Below are positions 1-10,297 of a stretch of 64,000 nt of DNA, piece after piece. The notes beneath the pieces are model-generated. The model was not told the DNA's origin. It saw only the letters and a list, made by a program, of their open reading frames with translations, and made no database searches. Each line of letters begins with the position of its first letter. Positions within the stretch are counted from its first letter, which is position 1. Position numbers and translations under genes: made by a program. Source of the DNA: Bacteroidales bacterium (lineage in GTDB: Bacteria; Bacteroidota; Bacteroidia; Bacteroidales; JAADJA01); contig JAIOZL010000003.1 of NCBI GenBank assembly GCA_021740645.1, positions 50,179-114,178 of the forward strand. The letters are read 5' to 3'.

Positions 1-94
1 CCAGAAGTTGGAAGGTATTTTCAGCTATCCCAATAGATATATACGCCAGGCTAGCGAAAAGGGTTAATATTAATTTTAAAATAATTTTTGTCAT
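1..94 (-). CDS. 5' end of a probable secreted protein that runs off the left edge
   Basis: ATG at 94, open to the edge: MTKIILKLILTLFASLAYISIGIAENTFQLL, signal-peptide-like; not in the ORF track. Confidence 0.55.
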   Translation of the reverse strand, partial: MTKIILKLILTLFASLAYISIGIAENTFQLL

Positions 95-203
95 ATGATA
101 CAAAAAACCTCGAATACAACTGGGTTATGCAATGAAACTTGTACGCAATTTTTTCAATAGGGTTAACAATATACAGTATTTTTTCTGAAATGATAACAAT
201 CAT

Positions 204-233
204 TTTGTCTTTTTGCAATTATTCGTAATTTTG
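204..233 (+). promoter_or_regulatory. Bacteroidota primary-sigma promoter for tRNA-Arg
   Basis: TTTG (204-207), 18-nt spacer, TAATTTTG (226-233), matching the -33 TTTG / -7 TAnnTTTG consensus. Confidence 0.7.
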
Positions 234-290
234 CGATCTGAAAATCTATTTGGAAGCTGGCAAAAAGTGCGAATTTACAGTTATAATTAT

Positions 291-364
291 GGTCCCGTAG
301 CTCAGTTGGATAGAGCAACAGCCTTCTAAGCTGTGGGTCACAGGTTCGAATCCTGTCGGGATCA
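291..364 (+). tRNA. tRNA-Arg(TCT)
   Basis: Acceptor stem GGTCCCG/CGGGATC, D-arm AGCTCAGTTGGATAGAGC, anticodon arm ACAGC-CTTCTAA-GCTGT, T-loop GGTTCGAATCC; CCA not encoded. Confidence 0.97.
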
Positions 365-374
365 CAAAAGGAAG

Positions 375-404
375 AACCTGCCTGGAAGGTGGGTTTTTGT
401 TTTT
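375..404 (+). terminator. Intrinsic terminator after tRNA-Arg
   Basis: Stem AACCTGCCT/AGGTGGGTT (two G-U pairs) followed by a T-rich run. Confidence 0.7.
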
Positions 405-418
405 ACATAAGTTTAGGA

Positions 419-1381
419 CTAAACCCCAAACTCTTTCCAAACCAAAGCACTTGCCCCTAAAACTGCAGCCTCACCCGGAGGGAGCTCTGAAGGAAGTACC
501 TTCACTTTGTTTTTATAAATATTCAGCAGATTATCTTCCAGGTTACGTTTTACAGGTTCAAATATCAAGTCACCGGCCTGGGCCAGTCCGCCAAAAAGGA
601 AAATGGCTTCCGGGCTGGTATGGGCTACGGCATCAGCCAGTTTTATACCAAGCACTTCACCTGTGTACTCAAATGCTTCAAGGGCAATAGCATCCCCATT
701 CCTGGCAGCCTTATCAATCTGAAGTGCTGACAGGTCATTAAAACTAATGCCCCGCAATTCACTGGGATCAACCATCACCGATAATAGTTCAAAAACAGTT
801 CGTTTTAATCCAGGAGCCGATGTATAAGTTTCAAGACAACCTTTCCTTCCGCATCCGCAGTCGCGGCCATTGGGATCAAAAATCGTGTGCCCTATTTCAC
901 CTGCAAAGCCATCATGGCCGTAAACCATTTCGCCATTTACAACAATTCCACTACCCACTCCTGTTCCAAGGGTGATCATAATAAAATCTTTCATTCCTTT
1001 TGCCCCGCCATAGATCATTTCACCTATTGCTGCTGCATTGGCATCATTTGTCAGGATAATATAAGGAAAGTCGAAACTCTTTTTCAGATAATCGACCACA
1101 GGAACGATTCCCTCAAATTTTAAATTTGGTGCAAATTCAATGGTTCCGTTATAATAATTACCGTTGGGTGCCCCAACCCCGATACCGATAATTTCAAACT
1201 GAGATTTATAAGTATCTACAAGGTTTTGTATCGCATCGCAAAGGGAATTCATATAAATAGTGTAGTCAGGATGCGTTTTGGTGGGAATAGAGGTTTCTTT
1301 AATAACTAAACCATCCTTATCTACAAGGCCCATTACGGTATTGGTCCCACCTATATCTATTCCAAGTGCTGCTTGTTTCAT
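419..1381 (-). CDS. ROK family sugar kinase (glucokinase/GlcNAc kinase-like)
   Basis: GIDIGGT, NDANAAA, TLGTGVG, GEIGH, CGCGRKGCLE zinc motif. Confidence 0.93.
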   Translation of the reverse strand: MKQAALGIDIGGTNTVMGLVDKDGLVIKETSIPTKTHPDYTIYMNSLCDAIQNLVDTYKSQFEIIGIGVGAPNGNYYNGTIEFAPNLKFEGIVPVVDYLKKSFDFPYIILTNDANAAAIGEMIYGGAKGMKDFIMITLGTGVGSGIVVNGEMVYGHDGFAGEIGHTIFDPNGRDCGCGRKGCLETYTSAPGLKRTVFELLSVMVDPSELRGISFNDLSALQIDKAARNGDAIALEAFEYTGEVLGIKLADAVAHTSPEAIFLFGGLAQAGDLIFEPVKRNLEDNLLNIYKNKVKVLPSELPPGEAAVLGASALVWKEFGV

Positions 1382-1386
1382 ATATG

Positions 1387-2577
1387 TTAAACTTTTTGAG
1401 ATTTTATGGCTACAAATAAATTATATAAAATGGCAATTAACGGGATTACGAATGCAATGGTGATGGAGCTTAAGTCAGCTACCTTACCCATTATTGGCGG
1501 GAGGATGGCCCCTCCAACGATTGCTGTAACCATTAATCCTGAGAGTTCATTCGACCGCTCGGGCATTTTATCTACGGTAATTGAAAATATTAATGGGAAT
1601 ATATTTGCAAATCCAAGTCCTACCAGTATGATACTGACAAATGTAACCATTTGGTTATTCAGGAAAATCAATGCCAGGCCAATAACCGAAATACTTACAG
1701 TTATTAAAAGAAATTTTCGAGGGCTTAAATAACGTAAAATGATTCCACCTGTAAACCTTCCCAAAAGAATGGGGAGAAAGAAAAGAGCCCATGCCAACCA
1801 TAAACCAAATTCTTCAATACCAAAATTTCTTTTGAGCAAAACCGGAATCTCAGAACTCATTGAAACTTCAGCACCTACATAAAAAAAAATGCCCATAACC
1901 ATAACCAACACATAGCTATTTTTCAATAATGAAAAACAGGATTTGATCGTGGCAGGTTTATCACCTTTTATTGTCGACTCTTTAAAACCAGAAGAATTAA
2001 ACCAGAGGATATTAATTAAAATAAGTAAAGAATATACAGGAAATAAAATAGACCAGTCGAGGCTCAAAAACTTGATAGCGAAAGGGGGCAGTAAAAATCC
2101 TAATGAAGAACCCACAGCTTTTATGGATTGCGCAAATGATAGGTTGCTGGAATAATTACCCACCGGCGAAACATCGCGCATTATTGGATTCCCCACCACT
2201 TGTAAGGTAGTAGCCCCGGCGCCCAGTAATAAAATGGCAAACAACAGGATCACAAATTTACCCGTCGTGGCATCTTCCAATGTCACAATTGGGCCATACA
2301 TTCCATTAAAAACCGGGATAAGGAGGCCTATAAGTGCAATGATCAAACCCAGGTTCATGATGTACTTTTTCCCTTTTCTATCCTGCAATATCCCCATTGG
2401 AATAGATAAAAGTCCAAACATGATAAAGCCGGACAAAGATATTAGCTGAGCCTGGAAATTAGAAATATTGAATGATTCTTCTACCAGACTAACCATTGGT
2501 CCTACAGCGTCACCAAATCCCATACATAAAAAAGCCAGGAAAACAGGCATGGAGGTTCTTATCCCTGCATTTTTCAT
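1387..2577 (-). CDS. MFS sugar permease (FucP/GluP/NagP-like)
   Basis: About 12 hydrophobic segments, LQVVGNP, YVGAEV, FANIFP; 5 nt upstream of the ROK kinase. Confidence 0.88.
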   Translation of the reverse strand: MKNAGIRTSMPVFLAFLCMGFGDAVGPMVSLVEESFNISNFQAQLISLSGFIMFGLLSIPMGILQDRKGKKYIMNLGLIIALIGLLIPVFNGMYGPIVTLEDATTGKFVILLFAILLLGAGATTLQVVGNPIMRDVSPVGNYSSNLSFAQSIKAVGSSLGFLLPPFAIKFLSLDWSILFPVYSLLILINILWFNSSGFKESTIKGDKPATIKSCFSLLKNSYVLVMVMGIFFYVGAEVSMSSEIPVLLKRNFGIEEFGLWLAWALFFLPILLGRFTGGIILRYLSPRKFLLITVSISVIGLALIFLNNQMVTFVSIILVGLGFANIFPLIFSITVDKMPERSNELSGLMVTAIVGGAILPPIMGKVADLSSITIAFVIPLIAILYNLFVAIKSQKV

Positions 2578-2762
2578 TTTATTATTTTTTAATTGTTATT
2601 CATCTCTTTGAAAATGCTCCAAATGGAAATTTTCTGAGTTTGCTAATTTAAGAATGAATTTTATAAGATTGAGTACAAATTAATACAGTATGAGTATTTC
2701 GTGAATGGAAGGGCCAGGAAGTAATTATCAGCGAGTAACAGGAGAATATATTTTTTGTACTC

Positions 2763-5177
2763 TTATACCGAAAATTTATCAATAGTATTGGTTATGGCAT
2801 CCAGAAATTGTTGTCGTTTAAAAGGTTTTGAAATGTAATCATCCATCCCAGCCTGAATACATAGATCTTTATCCGACTTCATAGCATATGCGGTTAGAGC
2901 AATGATGGGAGTATGTCTGCCGCTGGCCTTTTCATATTCTCTTATTTCTTTTGTGGCTTCGTAGCCATTCATTGTTGGCATCTGGACATCCATCAATACC
3001 AAATCGAAAGTGTCTGATTTAAACGCTTCAACGGCCTGGATTCCATCATCTACAACGGTTATATCCCACTTTTGTGATTTCGTTATTGCTTTAATTAAAA
3101 ACTGATTGGCTTCATTATCTTCGGCCAATAAAATTTTAATTTCCCTTCCGGTACTTTCCTTTTTTTCACTTTGGTTTTCCATAATTAACTCTGATTTATG
3201 ATTTGATTGAGTGGAAAATGGAATCTCAACAACAAATCGACTTCCTTTTCCGGGTTCACTTTCTACATTAATCTGGCCATTTAAAAAATCGGTTAGTCTT
3301 TTAGTAATAGCGAGGCCCAATCCTGTTCCTTTCATCCTTTTGGTCAGGTAATACTCTAATTGTTCAAACTCAATAAAAATATTCTCTAGTTGTTCAGGAT
3401 TAATGCCAATCCCCGAATCTTCAACTGTAATTTTAAAATAGACTTTATTCTGAACTTGCCTGGTGCTTGAAATAATAAATACTGAGCCTTCATCGGTAAA
3501 TTTGATTGCATTACTAACAATATTAACAAGAATCTGGCTCAATTTTACATAATCACCGTATAACTCCTGGGTTTCAATATGTTCATCGTTTACTATTATA
3601 TTTAATCCCTTTTTCTTAGCAGCCTGAGTATAATAAGCCACCGTTTCGTCCACAAGTTTTTTTGGACTGAAAAGAGATTCTTTTAATGTGATCTTCCCGG
3701 CTTCAATCATTGAATAGTCAAATATATCATTGATAATTCTAAATAATTGCTGACCCGATTCTTCAATTAATTTTAACATCCGTTGCTTACGCTCGTCGGT
3801 TTCCTGGGAGATTAACATTTCAGAAAATCCCATTATACCATTAAGTGGTGTCCTTATCTCATGACTCATGTTAGCTAAAAACTGGCTTTTGGCTTTGTTG
3901 GCATTTTTTGCTTCCCTTGTGGCTTCCTTAAGGTCATTTTCGAGAAACAGACGCTTATGCTCTAAAGCAAGCGACACAGCTAATGTGCTTATTATCTTTT
4001 TCTCTGTTTCAGTAAACTGCCTTTTTTTTGTATCAAATACGCAAATTGATCCGGGAGATTTTCCATTGACCTGCACAGGATGAGCTATAAACGAACGTAA
4101 ATCAAAGTTTTGAATCGCCGGATCAGATACAAAATATTCAGTTTGTTCCAGATCATGAACTACAAAGGGTGGGGCTTGCAGGTTATGGAAAGCGTCATAA
4201 CATACATGCCCTTCTGTTATATCATTTATTTCCAAAAGTTCCGGCATATTGAATGAATCAAATGCAGTGATTTTATCCTCTTTTTGTTGATAGTTCAGAT
4301 AGAAAGTGCAATATCCATTTAATATTTCATTGGTTTTTTTTACAATAGTTGAAATATTCTTTTTAGGATCAGTTCCTAATTCTATAAAGATATTATTGAG
4401 TTGGTTGATTTGAGTTTCAGCTATTTTCTTATGTGAGATATCTTCTACCGATCCTTCAAAAAAAGTTAATTGGCCTGATTTATCCCTGATTACCCTTGCA
4501 CTTTCCATCATATAAACCGCATCCCCCGATTGGGTTTGCCATAAAGATTCAAAACCGTGTATTTCATCTTTTTCGGAGAGAATCTCATCAAGGTCATCGG
4601 GAAGGTTAATTGCCACTCTTTGGTTTTGGAGTTTTTTCCCTTTAATATCATCAAATGATTGGTATCCTAAAATTTTAAGTAATGCATTGTTAGCTAAAAT
4701 AAATTCCCCATCAGCTTTAGCTTTGTACATGCCAACAGTTGCATTTTCATAAACCCCCCTGAATTTTTCTTCCTGGATTTTAAGCTGTTCTAATTTTATA
4801 TGGTCAGAGGAAGAATCATTGATGATTAAATTAACTTTGGATCGGTGGAATAGAACAATGAATACATCAAACCATTGATTTCTGGATTCAATAAAAAGCT
4901 CAAAATTATATTGAATTTGATCAGGTTTTTTATCGATCTCAGGAATTCTGTCTTTATCAAAAACTTCTTTAAAGTCTGGAGAAAATTTAGATAATAGCTG
5001 ACCTTGAAGTTCATCCCTGTTGAACCGGGCAACTTTGCAAAATAAAGTATTTACCTCATCTAACCTTAAATCAACTGCCTGATTATCTTTATATATTATC
5101 TCTCCCTTAGCAAATGGGAGTGGAATATTTTCAATTGATAATCCAATCTCTTTATTTTTTAAACCTAATAAGTCCAT
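2763..5177 (-). CDS. Soluble PAS/GAF hybrid histidine kinase-response regulator
   Basis: PAS/PAC segments, GAF-like region, FLANMSHEIRTPLNG, NAIKFT, DSGIG, GTGLGL, receiver AEDN/LMDVQMP/KPF. Confidence 0.93.
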   Translation of the reverse strand: MDLLGLKNKEIGLSIENIPLPFAKGEIIYKDNQAVDLRLDEVNTLFCKVARFNRDELQGQLLSKFSPDFKEVFDKDRIPEIDKKPDQIQYNFELFIESRNQWFDVFIVLFHRSKVNLIINDSSSDHIKLEQLKIQEEKFRGVYENATVGMYKAKADGEFILANNALLKILGYQSFDDIKGKKLQNQRVAINLPDDLDEILSEKDEIHGFESLWQTQSGDAVYMMESARVIRDKSGQLTFFEGSVEDISHKKIAETQINQLNNIFIELGTDPKKNISTIVKKTNEILNGYCTFYLNYQQKEDKITAFDSFNMPELLEINDITEGHVCYDAFHNLQAPPFVVHDLEQTEYFVSDPAIQNFDLRSFIAHPVQVNGKSPGSICVFDTKKRQFTETEKKIISTLAVSLALEHKRLFLENDLKEATREAKNANKAKSQFLANMSHEIRTPLNGIMGFSEMLISQETDERKQRMLKLIEESGQQLFRIINDIFDYSMIEAGKITLKESLFSPKKLVDETVAYYTQAAKKKGLNIIVNDEHIETQELYGDYVKLSQILVNIVSNAIKFTDEGSVFIISSTRQVQNKVYFKITVEDSGIGINPEQLENIFIEFEQLEYYLTKRMKGTGLGLAITKRLTDFLNGQINVESEPGKGSRFVVEIPFSTQSNHKSELIMENQSEKKESTGREIKILLAEDNEANQFLIKAITKSQKWDITVVDDGIQAVEAFKSDTFDLVLMDVQMPTMNGYEATKEIREYEKASGRHTPIIALTAYAMKSDKDLCIQAGMDDYISKPFKRQQFLDAITNTIDKFSV

Positions 5178-5355
5178 CGTTTCCCGATCAAATCCATTTA
5201 TCGTAATTCCAACCTGATTATTTAAATTTATGCAACAAAAATAATCGAATTTAAATTAATATCCTGAAATATAACTTCGTAAACCAAATATTGAAAATGG
5301 ACTCTTAAAAATTCTATTTAAGGATTTGAAAAGCTGATTGTAAACAATGGGAGTA

Positions 5356-6090
5356 TTACAATAAAAAACTCAAATCCGAACCGGGTTCAAATTCTTTGGT
5401 ATCATGGCCATGTTTAAATAACCTTAAGGGCTTTTTACCCATTAAAGTCATTTGGTCCCCATCGATTGATAGAAGAGATGCTTCGCGAAGGCCCGCTACA
5501 AATACAATGTTGTTTATTACCATAAATTCCTCAAGTCGCTGTTCTCTAGTTTCCCCTCCATGGCCTTCAATTGTGGCATCAAGAAAATGAGGATTTATTT
5601 GAAAGTTGACCAATTGGAGACAATTTAAACTTTCGGGTTCAATAATAGGCATATCGTTAGTAGTGCACATGGTAGGACAGGCAATATTAGCCCCGGCACT
5701 CCAACCCATAAATGGCAAACCATTTTCAACTGATTCTTTGATGACTTTCATTATTTTTAACTGGTGAAGCATATAAACAAGGTGAAAAGTATTGCCACCG
5801 CCAACAGCAATCGCCAGGGCATCCTTTATAGCAGAGGCAGGATCTTTTTCTCTGTGAATTGAATATACTTCAAAACCCATCTCATTAAATACTCCATTTA
5901 CCCTTTCTTCATAGGCATCAAATGACGCTTCCAAACCATTCTCAGATAAGGCTACGCCAGCATAAGGAACAAATAATACTCGTCTGACTCCGGTCCTGTT
6001 CAAAAATTCTGTAATATATTCTTTGGGCCACTCAAGGTAATCTTCACCGTAGTTAGTAGAATTACTAATTAATAACATCCTCTTTTTCAT
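5356..6090 (-). CDS. pepE: Dipeptidase E (peptidase S51)
   Basis: GGGNTF, GWSAG nucleophile, TTNDMP, QINPH, GETREQR. Confidence 0.93.
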   Translation of the reverse strand: MKKRMLLISNSTNYGEDYLEWPKEYITEFLNRTGVRRVLFVPYAGVALSENGLEASFDAYEERVNGVFNEMGFEVYSIHREKDPASAIKDALAIAVGGGNTFHLVYMLHQLKIMKVIKESVENGLPFMGWSAGANIACPTMCTTNDMPIIEPESLNCLQLVNFQINPHFLDATIEGHGGETREQRLEEFMVINNIVFVAGLREASLLSIDGDQMTLMGKKPLRLFKHGHDTKEFEPGSDLSFLL

Positions 6091-6223
6091 CTGTCAACTT
6101 TTAATGAATTATCTATATAGAATTAGCTGCTAATATACAAATTCTTTATTAAAAGATATTTAGTAATGTAATTTATAATAAATATTAAATAGAAAAGAAT
6201 GTAGGATTCACTTTGAGGTAGGT

Positions 6224-8890
6224 TTACCACTCTTTAATATACTCTTTCTTAAAATATTTATAAAAGGTTTTACCTCCGGTATATTTCTCCACATTGACTT
6301 TAGGATTAGAATCGCTATGGTTCACTTTGTCAGCACAAGCGAGCCTTTGCGCTAATTTTTCCTGTATAGGTTTTGTATCCTTAAGAGATGTATTATTGGC
6401 TTCAAGAACATTTAAAATCCTAAAAGCTGTGGCATAATCTTCTTCGTGCTGATAGTTGTTTATTGATGATTCAAGCAGTGCCAGATTTTTTTTCGCTGAA
6501 AACAAATAATGCAGGGGCATAGGTTCTATTCTCTTACGGATAACTTCATATCTACTGGAGAGTTCTTCCATTTTCTCATATACTTCATTAAAGTGCTTTT
6601 GGTCCTGTTCCTGCAGGGCTTTTTGGGCTTCACCTGCTAGTTCCTGATAAGTCGCGGCGGGCTCATACATTTCGCGGTAACTCACAACAATGGATTTGTC
6701 CAGATCGCAATAATAATTGTCTCTTGCCACCTCATTTGTTTGATCAAGAATATTCATGGCAGTGATAAAATCACCACTTTCAACTACATTGGCAAATTGG
6801 TTCAATAGCCCATCATACTCCTGATTAATGTTTTCGCATTTCCTGGTAAAAATATCATTGTTTAGAATTGTTAAACTTGCCATTAAGTCCTTTTCGAAGA
6901 ATAACCCATAATCGCTTTGAAGTTGAAAGCAGTGATCATAAATTGCACGTGCCTCATCCAGTTGATTTTTCTTAACCTTTAACTCACCTAACTTACACTG
7001 GTCAACAAGATATGGAGTAGCTGCCCTGGCAAATAAATCAACAAGCGGATCATAAATTGCAAAGTCAGAACTTCCTTCTAATATCAACGCATTGAGGAAC
7101 TTTTGGTATGCCATAGTATAGTTACCCGTTGCAAGAAGTTTCCTTCCATCAGAAATATCATTCAGGTACTTTTGATAAGCCAGCTCTCCACTTAATTCGT
7201 CAAGCTTTTCCACTTGGTGAATTTGAGTGGGATAATAGGATGCAATATCAGATGCTTTTGCCATGCATGATTGGGCTACTTCCTTATTTTCTTCTGCAAG
7301 TGCCTCATGCGCTTTTTCAATGAGCATCAAGTATAATCCATTTCTGGATTGGATTAAGCCGTGCTTTATAATGTAATCCTGGTTAAACACTCCAATGCTG
7401 CTGCACACAGCCTGTGCCTGCTCAAAACAATATACAGCCTCTTCGAATTCTTCAGTCTCAATTTGACGGAAACCTTTATTAATGTAGAGGTTCACTAGCT
7501 CTTCGGAAGCATTTTGTATTTGTCTTTTTGAGATTATAGTCGACCTGTTTATTTCCTGGAAATTTTTTGCTTTTTCAATATAATTTTCAGCCAGGGAATA
7601 ATTTCCAATATCTATCGCCCTGTCAATTAAGTGCAGGTATGAATTGTAAATGCCATAATTAGCTTTCGACATTAATATATTGGATTCAACAGGCGTTTGC
7701 TTTCCAAGGGTAGACTTATAAAACTCTCTGGCACTTTCAATAATTGCTTTAGCAATATTGAAGTTTTCCATTTCAATCTGCTTCTCTGCTTTAACAAGGT
7801 ATGCTTTGTAAATTTCAGATTTGAACCGATCGAAAACTATATCAGAATCGTTGCAATACTTAGACTTTAGAAGGACACTTGAAATACTTTTATGCAAGTC
7901 GTAAAGTTCGGGATAGGAATAATTGGATTTTCCCAGTTTATAAAAATAGGGTTGATAAGCATGTTTGGTATTATTAGAGAGCTCGACAAACTCACATATC
8001 AGGTTCACATGATCTTCAGCGAGCCGTGTCAGACTTTCAGAAAACTTAATGTATTCGGAAGTTTTAACTAATTTGACATAATTAAATTCAACCTGTTCAA
8101 TTTTCTTTTGAAAGGCATTCATATCCCTAAAAAACTGCTCGTCCTTTTTAGCGTCAAAATTTAGCTTGTGGAGAAATTCAGATCGGTAGATAGCGTTATA
8201 AATACGTTTTGACTCATGTAGGCGAAGGAGAATCCCTGGAATATTCGACGGGGTATAATCCATGCTCCCCAATTTGTTTTTTGAAAAATCAATAGCCGCT
8301 AAAGAAGCATAATAGTCATCAATGTAGCTAATTCTCTCTTGAAATTTTTGTCGGTCTTCATCCACTGAATAAAACTTTACAGCATCCAGCACCAAATTAA
8401 ATTCAGATTGGTTATTAAAAGTTTCAAATTCAAATGAGATCCTAAATTCATTATTCGGCCCTTTCATTATGTTTTTAAACTCACGGTTTACAATATAATT
8501 ACCATGATCATTCACATAAAGGGTAAAATTCATCTTATCAGGAAACAAAATATCAGAGATATCAAAATCTTTATAAAAAATATCACCTGTACATTTTTGT
8601 CCGGTTATTACTGCTTCTGCCGTAAAGGTATGTTCATCAATTTTTTTTATGCTTTCACGAAGAGAATAATGGAAAGTGTATTTTGTGCTGTACAGACCAG
8701 AAAGGTTATACCGTGCAAGCTCCTTTATAAAAAAGTTACTTGTTGAATTACGTTCAGCATAACTATTGGAATATTCAAACAAGTAGGAATCGTTTTCAAT
8801 TAATTCAAAAGTGATTTTTGAAGAATACCCGGCATTTGAAAGCAGAACCAGTAAAATTCCACTAAGTAAAAATATTTTCAGAATTCTCAT
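6224..8890 (-). CDS. Large hypothetical exported protein, helical/TPR-like
   Basis: 888-aa ORF with a signal peptide and repeated TPR-like helices (e.g. FEEAVYCFEQAQAVC); no catalytic motif recognised. Confidence 0.8.
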   Translation of the reverse strand: MRILKIFLLSGILLVLLSNAGYSSKITFELIENDSYLFEYSNSYAERNSTSNFFIKELARYNLSGLYSTKYTFHYSLRESIKKIDEHTFTAEAVITGQKCTGDIFYKDFDISDILFPDKMNFTLYVNDHGNYIVNREFKNIMKGPNNEFRISFEFETFNNQSEFNLVLDAVKFYSVDEDRQKFQERISYIDDYYASLAAIDFSKNKLGSMDYTPSNIPGILLRLHESKRIYNAIYRSEFLHKLNFDAKKDEQFFRDMNAFQKKIEQVEFNYVKLVKTSEYIKFSESLTRLAEDHVNLICEFVELSNNTKHAYQPYFYKLGKSNYSYPELYDLHKSISSVLLKSKYCNDSDIVFDRFKSEIYKAYLVKAEKQIEMENFNIAKAIIESAREFYKSTLGKQTPVESNILMSKANYGIYNSYLHLIDRAIDIGNYSLAENYIEKAKNFQEINRSTIISKRQIQNASEELVNLYINKGFRQIETEEFEEAVYCFEQAQAVCSSIGVFNQDYIIKHGLIQSRNGLYLMLIEKAHEALAEENKEVAQSCMAKASDIASYYPTQIHQVEKLDELSGELAYQKYLNDISDGRKLLATGNYTMAYQKFLNALILEGSSDFAIYDPLVDLFARAATPYLVDQCKLGELKVKKNQLDEARAIYDHCFQLQSDYGLFFEKDLMASLTILNNDIFTRKCENINQEYDGLLNQFANVVESGDFITAMNILDQTNEVARDNYYCDLDKSIVVSYREMYEPAATYQELAGEAQKALQEQDQKHFNEVYEKMEELSSRYEVIRKRIEPMPLHYLFSAKKNLALLESSINNYQHEEDYATAFRILNVLEANNTSLKDTKPIQEKLAQRLACADKVNHSDSNPKVNVEKYTGGKTFYKYFKKEYIKEW

Positions 8891-9220
8891 TTAACTAAGT
8901 CTCGTTGGTAATAGCACCATATTTTTTTGACCTTACTTCTCACCTATAAAGGTATTTAACATATGAGCTTTGATAAACTTTATACGTCATATTCTGGAAT
9001 TGTTACATTAATTTATTTTTCAAACGGTTAGCCTGCCAATACATTGTTTGAAATTTTATAATCAGGTAGAGGGGATAATTTTTAAGCAAAAGTAATAAAA
9101 TTGTAATATCTTTCTAAAAAACAACGAAATACAAATAAAATTACTAAGAGGTTTTAAACTTGGCGATTAAAATATTTTGGAATAACAATAAAGTATTGGA
9201 AAAAAATATACTTCATTTTG

Positions 9221-9304
9221 TGCCCAGAACAAGACTCGAACTTGCACTCCCTTGCGAGAACTGGTCCCTGAAACCAGCGCGTCTACCAATTTCGCCATCT
9301 GGGC
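9221..9304 (-). tRNA. tRNA-Leu(CAG)
   Basis: Reverse complement GCCCAGATGGCGAAATTGGTAGACGCG, anticodon arm CTGGT-TTCAGGG-ACCAG, long variable arm, GTTCGAGTC. Confidence 0.96.
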
Positions 9305-9326
9305 TGATAGCATTTCGTTCAAGGTG

Positions 9327-9334
9327 CAAAGATA
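9327..9334 (-). promoter_or_regulatory. -7 promoter element for tRNA-Leu(CAG)
   Basis: TATCTTTG on the minus strand, 22 nt upstream of the tRNA. Confidence 0.6.
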
Positions 9335-9343
9335 AAGGAGCAA

Positions 9344-9378
9344 AGTCAACCTTGAACATCGAACTTTAAACTTTGAAC
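9344..9378. repeat. Degenerate 7-bp tandem repeat (about 5 units)
   Basis: agtcaac cttgaac atcgaac tttaaac tttgaac between the two tRNA-Leu genes. Confidence 0.55.
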
Positions 9379-9383
9379 CTTTC

Positions 9384-9470
9384 TGGTGCCCAGAACAAGA
9401 ATCGAACTTGCACTCCCGAACGGGAACATGGCCCTCAACCATGCGCGTCTACCATTTCCGCCATCTGGGC
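9384..9470 (-). tRNA. tRNA-Leu(GAG), CCA encoded
   Basis: Reverse complement GCCCAGATGGCGGAAATGGTAGACGCG, anticodon arm CATGG-TTGAGGG-CCATG, GTTCGATTC, ends TCTGGGCACCA. Confidence 0.96.
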
Positions 9471-9539
9471 ATCTTTTTAAAGAAGGTGCATTAAAATATC
9501 GCAACGTTTGTTGTATGAACCATCTTTTAAAATGGACGG

Positions 9540-9631
9540 CAAAAGTAATAATTTTATTCTTTTTAAAACAAAATTAATTCATTATAAATAGGAGCCGAAA
9601 AATCCCTCTTTATATTTTATTATTACTTTTG
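9540..9631. promoter_or_regulatory. Divergent primary-sigma promoters
   Basis: TACTTTTG on minus (9540-9547) toward tRNA-Leu; TACTTTTG on plus (9624-9631) toward the 9663 gene. Confidence 0.6.
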
Positions 9632-9662
9632 CCGAATTGTACAAAAACAAGAATATAACTTA

Positions 9663-10295
9663 ATGACACTAGTAAAAATATACGGCGAACGGAACAGCGG
9701 AACCATTTATCTTGAATGGCTTTTGAAGAAAAACCTTGAAGTTGATCTTCATGAATCTTTTGAATTAGGCTGGAAACACAGGCTGGCCCCTTCTCCTGAA
9801 GAGTTAACGGATGATCATAAAAAGAATATTCTTTTTGTTTGCCTGGTCAAAAATCCCTATTCCTGGTTGCTATCCATGCACAAAAGACCATACAATCATG
9901 AAAGCTTAAGGGATCTAAGTTTTTCTGATTTTCTGAAATATTCATATGGTGATTACAGAAACCCCATGGTAATGTGGAATATGAAATATCGTTCGTATGT
10001 GAATATGGAAAATTATGTAGACCAACATATTATAATTAGATATGAGGATGCCCTGGTTGATATAAAAACTACACTAAATAACCTTGCAGAAAAATTCAAC
10101 ATTGAAAAACCTGAGCTTTATAAAAATATTAAAAATCTTCTCACTAATAAACATGGGATAAAGAGTCAGAAATTTCATCGGGATTTTTATATTGAAGAAA
10201 AATGGAAAAAAAGTCTGAGGCCAAACCACCTCGAGGTGATCAATCAGTTTCTTGATAAGGATTTAATGAATTTATTTAATTACTCAATTCTCTAA
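9663..10295 (+). CDS. Sulfotransferase-like protein
   Basis: GERNSGT (5'-PSB-like loop), VKNPYSWLLS (3'-PB-like), IRYED. Confidence 0.7.
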   Translation: MTLVKIYGERNSGTIYLEWLLKKNLEVDLHESFELGWKHRLAPSPEELTDDHKKNILFVCLVKNPYSWLLSMHKRPYNHESLRDLSFSDFLKYSYGDYRNPMVMWNMKYRSYVNMENYVDQHIIIRYEDALVDIKTTLNNLAEKFNIEKPELYKNIKNLLTNKHGIKSQKFHRDFYIEEKWKKSLRPNHLEVINQFLDKDLMNLFNYSIL

Positions 10296-10297
10296 GA

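Noticed and set aside
246-440. Short ORF over tRNA-Arg (likewise 9160-9577 over the tRNA-Leu genes)
   Set aside because: These are translations of tRNA genes.
3100-3190. Internal Met before the kinase's receiver domain as a separate gene
   Set aside because: The frame is continuous and HisKA-HATPase-REC fusion is the ordinary architecture.
291-9470. tRNA genes as island or prophage attachment sites
   Set aside because: No integrase and no duplicated tRNA 3' end were seen; flanking genes are mostly housekeeping.
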